A stretch of 64,000 bases of DNA from Anaeromyxobacter sp. GTDB lineage: Bacteria; Myxococcota; Myxococcia; Myxococcales; Anaeromyxobacteraceae. Positions 45,338 through 54,589 of the stretch are shown piece after piece; position 1 is the first letter of the stretch; each line of letters begins with the position of its first letter. The position numbers and the translations under genes were made by a program. The stretch is taken from the NCBI GenBank assembly GCA_036394835.1, contig DASWEI010000098.1:486-64485 (forward strand), in the 5' to 3' direction. Below the pieces are notes generated by a model that was given only the letters and a program-made list of their open reading frames with translations, was not told the DNA's origin and ran no database searches.

Positions 45338-46606
45338 GTGGCTCCGCTCCTCGGCTGCATCGCGGACGACTTCACCGGTGCGACCGATCTCGCAGGCATG
45401 CTGGTGCGCGCCGGCATGCGAACGGTGCAGATGATCGGCGTGCCGGCCGAGCCGGCGCCGCCGGAGGTCGACGCGCTCGTCGTCGCGCTGAAGTCCCGCA
45501 CCATCGCGGCCGCCGAGGCGGTGGACCTCTCGGTCGCGGCGCTCCGCTGGCTCGAGGAGGCGGGCTGCCGCCGCTTCTACTTCAAGTACTGCTCCACGTT
45601 CGACTCGACGGACGAGGGCAACATCGGCCCGGTCGCGGACGCGCTCATGTCCGCGCTCGGGACGCCCTTCACGATCGCGTGCCCGGCGTTCCCGGAGGCC
45701 GGGCGGACCATCTTCAAGGGCTACCTCTTCGTCGGGGACGTCCTGCTCTCCGAGAGCGGGATGCGCCACCACCCGCTCACCCCCATGACGGACGCGAACC
45801 TCGTGCGCGTCCTGCAGCGGCAGACGCGGCGCAGGGTCGGGCTCGCGGACGCCGCCGCCGTCTCGGGCGGGCGTGAGCGCCTCGCGGTGAGGTTCGACGA
45901 GCTCCGTCGCGGAGGCGTCGAGATCGCCATCGTCGATGCCACCTCGAACGACGACCTGCTCCGCATCGGCCTGGCCGCGGTCGAGCTGCCGCTCGTCACC
46001 GGCGGCTCGGGGCTCGCGCTGGGGCTGCCTCCCGCATGGCGCGCCGCGGGGGTGCTCGGAGCGGTCGGAGCGCCGGGCGAGCTCCCCCGGGCCGCCGGGT
46101 CGCGGGCGATCGTAGCCGGCAGCTCCTCGGTCGCGACGCAGGGGCAGGTCGCCGCCGCGCTCGAGGCGGGCGTGCCCGCCTTTCGCGTGGACCCGCTGCG
46201 GCTCGCCGCGGGCGAGGACGTCGTGAGGTCCGCCCTCGAGTGGGCCACGCCGCTCCTCGGGCGCGGGCCCGTGCTCGTGTACGCCACCGCCTCGCCCGAG
46301 CGCGTGCGCGAGGTCCAGGAGCAGCTCGGCCGCGAGCGATCCGGTGAGCTCGTCGAGCAGGCGCTCGCCGCCGTGGCGCGCGGGCTCGTCGACCGCGGCG
46401 TGGGGCAGCTCATCGTGGCGGGCGGCGAGACCTCGGGCGCCGTAGTCAGCGCGCTCGGAGTGAAGGGCCTCCGCATCGGTCCCCAGATCGCGCCCGGCGT
46501 GCCCTGGACCTGTACGCTCGGCGGGCGAACGCTGTCGCTCGCGCTCAAGTCGGGGAACTTCGGCGCGCGCGACTTCTTCCTCGAGGCCTGGAGACGGCTC
46601 CCGTGA
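45338..46606 (+). CDS. otnK: 3-oxo-tetronate kinase (DUF1537)
   Basis: LGCIADDFTGATD, FKYCSTFDST..GNIG, HHPLTPMTDANL, AGGETSG, LKSGNFG. Confidence 0.93.
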   Translation: MAPLLGCIADDFTGATDLAGMLVRAGMRTVQMIGVPAEPAPPEVDALVVALKSRTIAAAEAVDLSVAALRWLEEAGCRRFYFKYCSTFDSTDEGNIGPVADALMSALGTPFTIACPAFPEAGRTIFKGYLFVGDVLLSESGMRHHPLTPMTDANLVRVLQRQTRRRVGLADAAAVSGGRERLAVRFDELRRGGVEIAIVDATSNDDLLRIGLAAVELPLVTGGSGLALGLPPAWRAAGVLGAVGAPGELPRAAGSRAIVAGSSSVATQGQVAAALEAGVPAFRVDPLRLAAGEDVVRSALEWATPLLGRGPVLVYATASPERVREVQEQLGRERSGELVEQALAAVARGLVDRGVGQLIVAGGETSGAVVSALGVKGLRIGPQIAPGVPWTCTLGGRTLSLALKSGNFGARDFFLEAWRRLP

Positions 46607-47241
46607 ACGAGCACCGCACCCGCGAGCAGATCTGCGCCTACGGCAGGTCGCTCTTCGATCGCGGCCTCACGGCCGGGAGCAGCGGAAACGTGAGCGCGCG
46701 GGTCGAAGGCGGGTGGTTGCTCACGCCGACGAACTCCTCGCTCGGCGCGCTCGATCCCGCGCGCCTGTCGAAGCTCGACCCGGACGGCCGGCTCATCTCC
46801 GGGGATCCCCCGTCGAAGGAGGCGTTCCTCCACCGCAGCGTGTACGAGGAGCGCGCCGGCGCGGGGGCGATCGTACACCTTCACTCGACGCACGCCGCAG
46901 CGGTGTCCTGCATGAGCGGGCTCGACCCCCGCGACTGCATCCCACCGCTCACGCCTTATTACGTGATGAAGATCGGGCGCCTGCCGCTCGTCCCGTACCA
47001 CCGCCCTGGCGATCCCCGGCTCGGCGACGTCATCCGCGGGCTCGCGCGGCACCACGCGGCGGTGCTGCTCGCGAATCACGGCCCGGTCGTGTCCGGCAGC
47101 TCGCTCGAGGCGGCGGTGAACGCGATCGAGGAGCTCGAGGAGACCGCGAAGCTGTTCCTGCTGCTGCGCGGGCACGCCCCGCGTGTGCTCACCGAGGAGC
47201 AGATCGCCGAGCTGAAGGTCGCCTTCAAGCTCGATCTCTGA
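46603..47241 (+). CDS. otnC: 3-oxo-tetronate 4-phosphate decarboxylase (class II aldolase)
   Basis: GSSGNVS, TPTNSSLG, PSKE..LH, VHLHSTH, LANHGPV, EELEETAKL. Confidence 0.92.
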   Translation: MNEHRTREQICAYGRSLFDRGLTAGSSGNVSARVEGGWLLTPTNSSLGALDPARLSKLDPDGRLISGDPPSKEAFLHRSVYEERAGAGAIVHLHSTHAAAVSCMSGLDPRDCIPPLTPYYVMKIGRLPLVPYHRPGDPRLGDVIRGLARHHAAVLLANHGPVVSGSSLEAAVNAIEELEETAKLFLLLRGHAPRVLTEEQIAELKVAFKLDL

Positions 47242-47268
47242 CACCCGAGTTCCCACAATGGGGGGACC

Positions 47269-48054
47269 GTGCCCAGGTTCGCCGCCAACCTCACGATGAT
47301 GTTCAACGAGGTGCCGTTCCTCGATCGGTTCGAGGCCGCCGCTCGGGCGGGTTTCGAGGCGGTCGAGTTCCTCTTCCCCTACGACCACCCGCCGGAGGAG
47401 CTCGCCGCGCGGCTGCGTGCGTTCGGGCTGAAGAACGTCCTCTTCAACATGCCGCCCGGCGACTGGGCCGCCGGCGAGCGGGGCATCGGCGCGCTCCCCG
47501 GCCGCGAGCGGGAGTTCCGCGAGGGCGTCGCGCGCGCGCTTCGCTACGCCGAGGCGCTCGGGACGCCGAGCCTACACGCCATGTCGGGCGTCGTCCCGGC
47601 CGGCGCGGACCGCGCCCGTCACCGCGGGACCTATGTCGAGAACCTGCGCCACGCGGTGCGCGAGACCGCAGCCCGCGGGATCACGCTCCTCATGGAGCCC
47701 ATCAACCCGCGCGACATCCCCGGCTACTTCCTCAACACGCAGGCGGAGGCTCACGCCCTGCGGGAGGAGGTCGGTGAAGAGCGCCTCGCCGTACAGATGG
47801 ACCTGTACCACGCGCAGATCGTCGAGGGCGACGTGACGACGAAGCTCCGCAGGTGGGTGCGCCACGTCGGTCACGTCCAGATCGCGGGGGTGCCCGAGCG
47901 CAACGAGCCGGACACGGGAGAGCTCGATCACCATTACCTCTTCCGGCTCCTCGACGAGCTCGGATACGGAGGCTGGGTGGGCTGCGAGTACCGGCCTGCC
48001 CGCGGCACGGCGGAGGGGCTCGGCTGGTTCGAGCCCTACCGCCGGAAGGCGTGA
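47269..48054 (+). CDS. otnI: 2-oxo-tetronate isomerase (Hyi family)
   Basis: [58 protein letters not shown]. Confidence 0.88.
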   Translation: MPRFAANLTMMFNEVPFLDRFEAAARAGFEAVEFLFPYDHPPEELAARLRAFGLKNVLFNMPPGDWAAGERGIGALPGREREFREGVARALRYAEALGTPSLHAMSGVVPAGADRARHRGTYVENLRHAVRETAARGITLLMEPINPRDIPGYFLNTQAEAHALREEVGEERLAVQMDLYHAQIVEGDVTTKLRRWVRHVGHVQIAGVPERNEPDTGELDHHYLFRLLDELGYGGWVGCEYRPARGTAEGLGWFEPYRRKA

Positions 48055-48073
48055 AGGCCGGCCGCGGCGTTCT

Positions 48074-49255
48074 TCATCGCGGCGCGCGGGCGAGACGATC
48101 CGAGAGCGCGCGCTCCACGGCGCTCGCGATCTTCCGCGCGCCCCGTGCGCCCGGGTGCCGCTCCAGGAGACCGGGCAAGAGGTCCTCCGCGTCGAGCTCC
48201 ACGCGCACGAACGGCAGCGCCTGTCGGACGAAGAGCTCGTTCACGATCCACGCCTCGTCGCCTTCGTCGCGAAGGCACGCCGGACCGTAGTTCGTGACGA
48301 CGAACAGCGGGATCGCGCCGCGTGCGCGCGCCGCGTCGGCGGTCGCACGGAGGATCGCCGCCGTGACGCGCAGCGGCTCGTCGCCGTGGTAGGGCAGGCG
48401 CTGCAGGAGCTTCGCGAGCCTCGGGCCGCTCGAGGCAGGTACGGAGACGAGCGACCCGTCCGGCGCGAGCCCGAGCCGAGGTCGCCAGCGATCCACGTTG
48501 CGCTCGATCTGATCCGTGACGAAGACCGTCACGACCGCGAGCGGACGCGCGAAGCGCGGGAGCGCATCGAGCACGCGCAGGTGAGCCTGGTCGTTGCCGT
48601 ACCCGACCACCGCCAGGTTCACGGTCTGGACCTCGAGCTCGCGGCCGACGAGGTGGACGAACGTCTCGTCGTGCGAGAGGCCGTAGCCGAAGGCGATCGA
48701 CTCTCCGGCGAACAGGATGGTGGGTCCGGCGGGGTCGGCGTGAACGTCGCTTCTCGCGGCGCGATCACCCTCGGCGTCGATGGCGTAGGCGATCGGGCGA
48801 TCGCCAACGCGCGTCCACGTGGTGCGGCCCGGGAGGTACGACCAGCCGAGCCGCGGGTCGAAGCGTGTCATAGGCGCCTCGCGCCCGTCCCGCGTCGGTG
48901 ACCGCGCGCCGAGCATCAGCCGATCGTGCTGCAGCCGCGCGACCACCTCGCCCACGCAGAGCGCCGCCGCGACCGCGACGGCGATCCCGGCGAGCGTGCG
49001 CGCCTGCTCCCGGATGTGGAGGCGCTCCGCCCGGCGCCCGAGGGCGGGACCGACCCACCACATCGCGAAGAGGCCGAGCGCCGCGGCGATCCACGGGACC
49101 GCGCGCGCCACGACCCACACGCCGCGGTTCGTCGCGCAGTACGCGCCGAGGACGTGCCGCTCCGCCCAGTGCGCGTCGGCCACGAGGGACCAGCCGACGA
49201 GCGCTGCCCCCCCGAGGGTGGTCAGCATCCGGGCGGCCAGGCCCGCCGCGCGCAT
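48074..49255 (-). CDS. Membrane-anchored SGNH/GDSL-hydrolase-like protein
   Basis: N-terminal TMs, DPRLGW, FAGES..FGYG, NLAVVGYGNDQ, terminal RHP...GAR.IA. Confidence 0.7.
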   Translation of the reverse strand: MRAAGLAARMLTTLGGAALVGWSLVADAHWAERHVLGAYCATNRGVWVVARAVPWIAAALGLFAMWWVGPALGRRAERLHIREQARTLAGIAVAVAAALCVGEVVARLQHDRLMLGARSPTRDGREAPMTRFDPRLGWSYLPGRTTWTRVGDRPIAYAIDAEGDRAARSDVHADPAGPTILFAGESIAFGYGLSHDETFVHLVGRELEVQTVNLAVVGYGNDQAHLRVLDALPRFARPLAVVTVFVTDQIERNVDRWRPRLGLAPDGSLVSVPASSGPRLAKLLQRLPYHGDEPLRVTAAILRATADAARARGAIPLFVVTNYGPACLRDEGDEAWIVNELFVRQALPFVRVELDAEDLLPGLLERHPGARGARKIASAVERALSDRLARAPR

Positions 49256-49324
49256 CGTCCTTTCCTGCACGTGGTGCCCTTCCAGAGCGTGTCCCGGACC
49301 GCGAGCCTCGGGCATCTAATCGCC

Positions 49325-50074
49325 ATGGACGAGCGCCGCGCGCCCCCGCTGGAGCGGATCCTTCGACCGGTGCACCGGTGGGTCTGGCGCGACGCCCACC
49401 GCTGCGCGCGCAAGCTCATGAGCTTCGCCGCCACCGAGGCGGACGGCGGGCGCGATCTGACGCGCGCGGCGGAGCTCACCGCCGACCCGCTCCTCCGCAG
49501 GCTGTTCCTGCGGCACGCGATGGACGAGCGTCACCACGCGGAGCTGTTCCGCGCGCGCGGGCGCACGATGCTCGCCGCCGCCGGCGCCGGAGGCGGCTCG
49601 TTCGAGGCGAGGTGGATCACCCCCGGCGAACGCGGCGGCGACGATCTGCGCGTCGAGGACGAGGGCGATGCGTCGCTGCTCGCCTTCCTCCACCTCTCCG
49701 AGAAGCTCGCCGCCGCGCGGTTCGCGGTCTACCGCGACGTCATCGCGGACGAGGAGACGCGCGAGGTCTTCCGCCTGATCTTGCACGACGAGGTGTTCCA
49801 CATGCGCTACACGCGAACCCAGCTCGAGCGCATCGCGCCCGCACGGCATCGTCGCCACCTGTGGCTGGCGCGCGCGGCTCGCCTCTGGAAGGGCTACCTG
49901 CGTGTCGCATCGGCGCTCGCGGGCTGGCTCGGCACCGTCGTCCTCCTCGCCCAGTACTTCCTCGTCCTGCCGCTCTTCGCGCTCGCGGCGAAGCGCGCGG
50001 CGCGCCGCGAGCGCCCCGGCTGGAGCGAGCCCGAGCGGCGCGAGCGGCCGGCGGCGCTCGAGCGCCAATATTGA
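49325..50074 (+). CDS. Ferritin-like (di-iron) domain protein with C-terminal SxtJ-like membrane segment
   Basis: E...DERHH...E...DEVFH ligand spacing; tail WKGY..VASALAGWLGTVVLLAQYFLVLPLF...ERQY. Confidence 0.7.
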   Translation: MDERRAPPLERILRPVHRWVWRDAHRCARKLMSFAATEADGGRDLTRAAELTADPLLRRLFLRHAMDERHHAELFRARGRTMLAAAGAGGGSFEARWITPGERGGDDLRVEDEGDASLLAFLHLSEKLAAARFAVYRDVIADEETREVFRLILHDEVFHMRYTRTQLERIAPARHRRHLWLARAARLWKGYLRVASALAGWLGTVVLLAQYFLVLPLFALAAKRAARRERPGWSEPERRERPAALERQY

Positions 50075-50077
50075 GCC

Positions 50078-51850
50078 ATGAAGATCCTCGGCATCTCCGC
50101 GCACTACCACGACTCCGCCGCGGCGCTCGTCGTCGACGGCTTGCCGGTGTGCGCGATCCAGGAGGAGCGGCTCTCTCGCCGGAAGAACGACGCGGCGTTC
50201 CCGCTCGCCGCCGTCGAGTGGTGCCTCGGCGAGGCGGGTCTCGAGCCGGGCGATCTCGACGCGGTGGTCTTCTACGAGAAGCCGATGCGCAAGCTCGAGC
50301 GGATCCTCGTCAGCTCGCTGCGAGCGTTCCCGCGCTCCTGGCGGAGCTTCCCGCAGGCGATGAAGAACACGCTCGGCGAGAAGGCGTGGGTGAAGGGCAT
50401 CATCGCGTCTCGCCTCGGGGTGCCGGCGCGCAGGATCCTGTTCACCGAGCACCACCAGTCCCACGCCGCGGCGGCCTTCCTCACCTCGCCCGTGCGCGAG
50501 GCGGCGATCCTGACCGCCGACGGCGTCGGCGAGTGGGCGACGCTCACGGTCGGGCGCGGGTCGCGGTCGCCGGACGGCGGGTGCGCGATCGAGCTCTTGC
50601 GGGAGCTGCGCTTCCCGCACTCGCTCGGGATGTTCTACTCGACCTTCACCGCCTATCTCGGCTTCGAGGTGAACGAGGGCGAGTACAAGGTGATGGGGCT
50701 CGCCGCGTACGGGAAGCCGCGGTTCGAGGACGAGGTGCGCGCGATCCTGCGGCCGACCGCCGACGGCGCGCTCGAGCTCGACCTCAGCTACTTCGACTTC
50801 CACGCGTCGGGCCGGCGCGCGTGGTCCTCGCGGCTCGTCGAGGTCTTCGGGCCGCCGCGGTCGCCGGACGAGCCGATCGACCTCGCCACGCCCGAGGGGT
50901 CCCGCTTCGCGGACGTCGCGGCGAGCGTCCAGCGCGTCCTCGAGGACCGCCTCGTCGAGCTCACCCGCGCGCTGCGGCGCGAGACGGGGCTCCCGGACCT
51001 CTGCCTCGGTGGCGGCGTCGCGCTGAACGGCTGCGCGAACGCCCGCATCCTGCGCGAGTCGGGGTTCGAGCGCGTCTTCGTGCCTCCGGCGCCGGGGGAC
51101 GCGGGCTGCGCGCTCGGGGCCGCGCTGTACGCGGATCGTTTCCACTTCCGGAGCCCGGATCGCCCCGTGCCCGACCACGCGTTCTGGGGCTGCGCGGTCG
51201 ATCCGGACGAGCTCGAGCGCCTCGCGCGCGAGGACGGGCTCGAGATCGAGCGCACGTCCGGGGATCGCGCCCTCCTCGAGCGGGTCGCGGAGGAGCTCGC
51301 GCACGGCCGCATCGTCGGCTGGATGGACGGGCGATGCGAGCTCGGTCCGCGCGCGCTCGGGAACCGCAGCATCCTCGCCTCGCCCGGCAGCGCGGAGACC
51401 CGCGACCGGCTGAACCGCGAGGTGAAGTACCGGGAGGAGTTCCGGCCCTTCGCGCCGGCCGTCCCGGTAGAGGTCGCGGACCGCTACTTCGACCTCCCGC
51501 CCGGCGGCGCACGGCTTTGCCGCTTCATGTCGGGGGTCTTTCCGGTGCGCTCCGAGTGGCGCTCGCGCCTCGGCGCGGTGACCCACGTCGACGGCACCGC
51601 GCGCGTGCAGGCGGTGGATCCGGCGATCTCCCCCCGGTTCCACGCGCTCCTGCTCGCCTTCGGGGCCCGGAGCGGGATCCCGGTGCTGCTCAACACGTCG
51701 TTCAACCTCTCCGGCGAGCCGATCGTCGCGCGCGCGGTCGAGGGCTACTCGACCTTCCGGCGCTCGGGGATCGATCTCGTCGTCGCAGGCCGTTGCATCG
51801 TCGCGAAGGCGAAGGCGAGCGGCCTGCACCTCGAGGAGGCGGTCTCGTGA
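50078..51850 (+). CDS. NodU/CmcH/SxtI-family carbamoyltransferase
   Basis: ILGISAHYHDSAAAL, QEER, HHQSHAA, DGVGE, GEYKVMGLA, GGVALN, GPRALGNRS, RPFAP, HVDGTAR, NTSFN. Confidence 0.95.
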   Translation: MKILGISAHYHDSAAALVVDGLPVCAIQEERLSRRKNDAAFPLAAVEWCLGEAGLEPGDLDAVVFYEKPMRKLERILVSSLRAFPRSWRSFPQAMKNTLGEKAWVKGIIASRLGVPARRILFTEHHQSHAAAAFLTSPVREAAILTADGVGEWATLTVGRGSRSPDGGCAIELLRELRFPHSLGMFYSTFTAYLGFEVNEGEYKVMGLAAYGKPRFEDEVRAILRPTADGALELDLSYFDFHASGRRAWSSRLVEVFGPPRSPDEPIDLATPEGSRFADVAASVQRVLEDRLVELTRALRRETGLPDLCLGGGVALNGCANARILRESGFERVFVPPAPGDAGCALGAALYADRFHFRSPDRPVPDHAFWGCAVDPDELERLAREDGLEIERTSGDRALLERVAEELAHGRIVGWMDGRCELGPRALGNRSILASPGSAETRDRLNREVKYREEFRPFAPAVPVEVADRYFDLPPGGARLCRFMSGVFPVRSEWRSRLGAVTHVDGTARVQAVDPAISPRFHALLLAFGARSGIPVLLNTSFNLSGEPIVARAVEGYSTFRRSGIDLVVAGRCIVAKAKASGLHLEEAVS

Positions 51851-52059
51851 TCAGGAAGCGTGGCAAGCTCCGCAGCGGCGCGACGGTCGCCGCGAGCATC
51901 GTGCCCTCGGCGGTCGACCTCGTGCGCGGGCTCTGGCAGGACCGCGAGCGCAAGCGCTGGCTCGTGCCCCTCGTGGTGTTCCTCTGCCTCACGGCGGTCG
52001 TGCTGCTCCTCGCCGCGAGCGTGGAGGCGCTCGCGCCGTTCATCTACTCGATCTTCTGA
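51847..52059 (+). CDS. DUF5989 / SxtK-like small membrane protein (70 aa; not a separate ORF in the track)
   Basis: GTG overlaps carbamoyltransferase stop; RKRWLVP-hydrophobic-APFIYSIF signature. Confidence 0.85.
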   Translation: MIRKRGKLRSGATVAASIVPSAVDLVRGLWQDRERKRWLVPLVVFLCLTAVVLLLAASVEALAPFIYSIF

Positions 52060-53102
52060 TGGCGAGCCTCCCGGCCGACCTGCTCGCGGTGCTCGCCTGC
52101 CCCACCTGTGGGGCCGCGCTCCGCGCCGGCCCCGCGGTGGTGGGCTGCAGCGGCTGCGGGCGCTCCTTCGACGTCCACGACGGGATCCCGCGCCTGCGGC
52201 GCGAGCTCGAGCCGCGCGTCGACGAGGTCCGGGAGTTCTACTCGGTCGCGCCTTTCCCGGGATATCCGCCGCGAGACAGCTACGCGACCTTCCGCGCGCG
52301 CGCGGAGCGCAGCCCCTTCGCCCGGCTCCTCGACGAGGCGATCGCGCCGGACGCGAAGGTGCTCGACGTCGGCTGCGGCACCGGCCAGCTGAGCCTCTTC
52401 CTCGCGACCGGCGACCGGCTCGTCGTGGGCGCGGACCTGACGCGCGCCTCGCTCGACCTCGCGGCCGAGGCGGCGCGGCGCTTCGGCGTCGCCCGCGTGT
52501 CCTTCGTCGAGACCGATCTGCGAGAGCCCGGCCTGCGCGCCGGCGCCTTCGACGTCGTGACGTGCTCCGGCGTGCTGCACCACACGCCCGACCCCGAGGC
52601 CTCCTTCCGCGCGATCGCCCGGCTCGTGCGCCCCGGCGGGTTCCTGGTGGTCGGACTCTACAACGCCTACGCGCGGGTCCCGCACCGGGTGAGGAGGGCC
52701 GTCGCCCGGCTGAGCGGCTACCGCTGGTTCCCGCTCGATCCCGTGCTGCGCGACCGCGCCGCCGAGCCCGCCCGCCGCGCGGCGTGGCTGCGGGACCAGT
52801 ACTCCCACCCGGAGGAGCACCGGCACACCCTCGCCGAGGTGCAGCGGTGGTTCGAGGCCGGCGGCGTCGCGTACGTGCGGACGTACCCCAGCACCGTCAC
52901 GGGAGAGCCGGCTCCGGACGGGGCGGGGCTGTTCGCCCCGGCTGCGGACAGCTGGGGGTTCGAGAACGTGCTGCACCAGCTGTCCTGGTCGTTCACGCTC
53001 GGGCGGGAGGGCGGGCTGTTCGTCGTGATCGGACGCACCGGGGCGGGCGAAGGATGCGCGCATCGCCCTGAGCGGTCCCGAGCGTGCAGAATGGGCCGGT
53101 GA
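52059..53102 (+). CDS. Class I SAM methyltransferase with N-terminal Trm112-like Zn ribbon
   Basis: LACPTC...CSGC...DGIP; PFPGY; VLDVGCGTG; GVLHHTPDP; DQY.HP.E. Confidence 0.88.
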   Translation: MASLPADLLAVLACPTCGAALRAGPAVVGCSGCGRSFDVHDGIPRLRRELEPRVDEVREFYSVAPFPGYPPRDSYATFRARAERSPFARLLDEAIAPDAKVLDVGCGTGQLSLFLATGDRLVVGADLTRASLDLAAEAARRFGVARVSFVETDLREPGLRAGAFDVVTCSGVLHHTPDPEASFRAIARLVRPGGFLVVGLYNAYARVPHRVRRAVARLSGYRWFPLDPVLRDRAAEPARRAAWLRDQYSHPEEHRHTLAEVQRWFEAGGVAYVRTYPSTVTGEPAPDGAGLFAPAADSWGFENVLHQLSWSFTLGREGGLFVVIGRTGAGEGCAHRPERSRACRMGR

Positions 53103-53719
53103 GCGCCCCTCGATTCGACGCAGCGTATTACCGCCGCTTCTACCGCGGTGCCGGACGCGTGCACGGCGCGCGAGAGGTCTCGCACCTCGCGAGCGGGGTG
53201 TGTGGCCTCGCCGCCTGGCTCGGGGTCGAGCTCCGGTCCGTCCTCGACGTCGGGGCGGGCACGGGGCTGTGGCGGAGCTGGTTCAGGCGGCACCGGCCGC
53301 GGGTCAGGTATCGCTCCATCGACGTGTCGCCGCATGCCTGCGCCACGTACGGCCACGAGCGCCGCGACATCTCGGCGTGGCGGGCCTCAGCGCGGTTCGA
53401 TCTCGTCATCTGCCACAGCGTGCTCCAGTACCTCGATCGATCCGAGGCCGAGCGCGCCATCGACAACCTCGGCGCCATGTGCCGTGGACTCCTCTACCTC
53501 GAGGCCGTGACGAAGGAGGATCTCGCGCTGCTCGACACGGCCGCGACGGACATGGCGTTCCACGCCCGCTCCGCGCGCTGGTACCGGGAGCGGCTCGCCC
53601 GTCACTTCGTCCAGGTGGGCGCAGGGCTCTGGGCGTCCGTCCGGAGCGGAGTGCCGCTCTACGCGCTCGAGGGGTTCCCGGCGCGCACGCCCGTCGTGCG
53701 CCGCCGTCCACGACGCTGA
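53099..53719 (+). CDS. Class I SAM-dependent methyltransferase
   Basis: FDAAYYRRFY, VLDVGAGTG, FDLVICHSVLQYL; GTG overlaps upstream stop. Confidence 0.82.
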   Translation: MSAPRFDAAYYRRFYRGAGRVHGAREVSHLASGVCGLAAWLGVELRSVLDVGAGTGLWRSWFRRHRPRVRYRSIDVSPHACATYGHERRDISAWRASARFDLVICHSVLQYLDRSEAERAIDNLGAMCRGLLYLEAVTKEDLALLDTAATDMAFHARSARWYRERLARHFVQVGAGLWASVRSGVPLYALEGFPARTPVVRRRPRR

Positions 53720-53737
53720 TCAAGCGAGTGAGTGGCG

Positions 53738-53751
53738 GATTGCCGCACCCG
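53738..53751. repeat. 14-bp direct repeat GATTGCCGCACCCG, copy 1
   Basis: Identical to 57978-57991. Confidence 0.7.
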
Positions 53752-53839
53752 GTTGGCGTGGACACCTACACGGCCGGTGAGGTCTCATCCCCCTCCGCCG
53801 CGTGTGCGAAATCGCGGTGCTCGCCGCGAGGGAGAACCG

Positions 53840-54589
53840 ATGGGACCGGACATCCTGATCACGATGCAAGAGGACCTGCGGCGCGCGCTCGCGCGCCCCG
53901 CGGACCAGCGACGCTGGGCGATGGTGCTCGACCTCCGCAAGTGCGTGGGCTGCCACGCCTGCACCGTCGCGTGCGTCTCGGAGAACAAGCTCCCGCCGAG
54001 CCTCCACTACCGGCCGGTGCTCGAGCGGGAGCACGGGACGTACCCCGCGGTCACCCGGACCTTCCTCCCGAAGCCCTGCATGCAGTGCGACAAGCCGAAG
54101 TGCGTCGGCGTGTGCCCGGTCGAGGGGCGCGCGACGCGCAAGGAGACGAAGGGCGTCGCCGCCGGCACGGTCTCGATCGACTACGACCGCTGCATCGGAT
54201 GCGGGCGCTGCGCGAAGGCGTGCCCCTACGGCGCGCGCACGGTGGACGACGGCCGGTTTCACTCGGACGGGATGCCCATCGCCATGGCGTACGAGACGAT
54301 GCCCGCGTGGGAGTACGGCAAGCCGCGGCGCCGCGAGGCGAAGGCGGCGCCCATCGGGAAGGCGCGCAAGTGTCACCTCTGCGTGCACCGCCTCGCGGAG
54401 GGGCTGCTCCCGGCGTGCGTCACGAGCTGCATCGGCCGCGCGGGCTACTTCGGCGACGAGCGCGATCCGGAGAGCCTCGTCGCGCTCGTGAAGAAGGCCA
54501 ACAAGGTGCAGGTGCTGAACGCGAAGGCCGGGACCGCGCCGCGCGTCTGCTACGTCGCGAACGGAAAGCTCGAGGTGAGCCATGGCTGA
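53840..54589 (+). CDS. ttrB: 4Fe-4S dicluster electron-transfer subunit (TtrB/NrfC/DmsB-like)
   Basis: CVGCHACTVAC, CMQCDKPKCVGVCP, CIGCGRCAKACPY, KCHLC...PACV..C; GGAG RBS. Confidence 0.8.
   Translation: MGPDILITMQEDLRRALARPADQRRWAMVLDLRKCVGCHACTVACVSENKLPPSLHYRPVLEREHGTYPAVTRTFLPKPCMQCDKPKCVGVCPVEGRATRKETKGVAAGTVSIDYDRCIGCGRCAKACPYGARTVDDGRFHSDGMPIAMAYETMPAWEYGKPRRREAKAAPIGKARKCHLCVHRLAEGLLPACVTSCIGRAGYFGDERDPESLVALVKKANKVQVLNAKAGTAPRVCYVANGKLEVSHG

Noticed and set aside
49325-52059. Saxitoxin biosynthesis
   Set aside because: Only sxtI/J/K-like genes; the core sxtA, sxtG and sxtB are absent from the window
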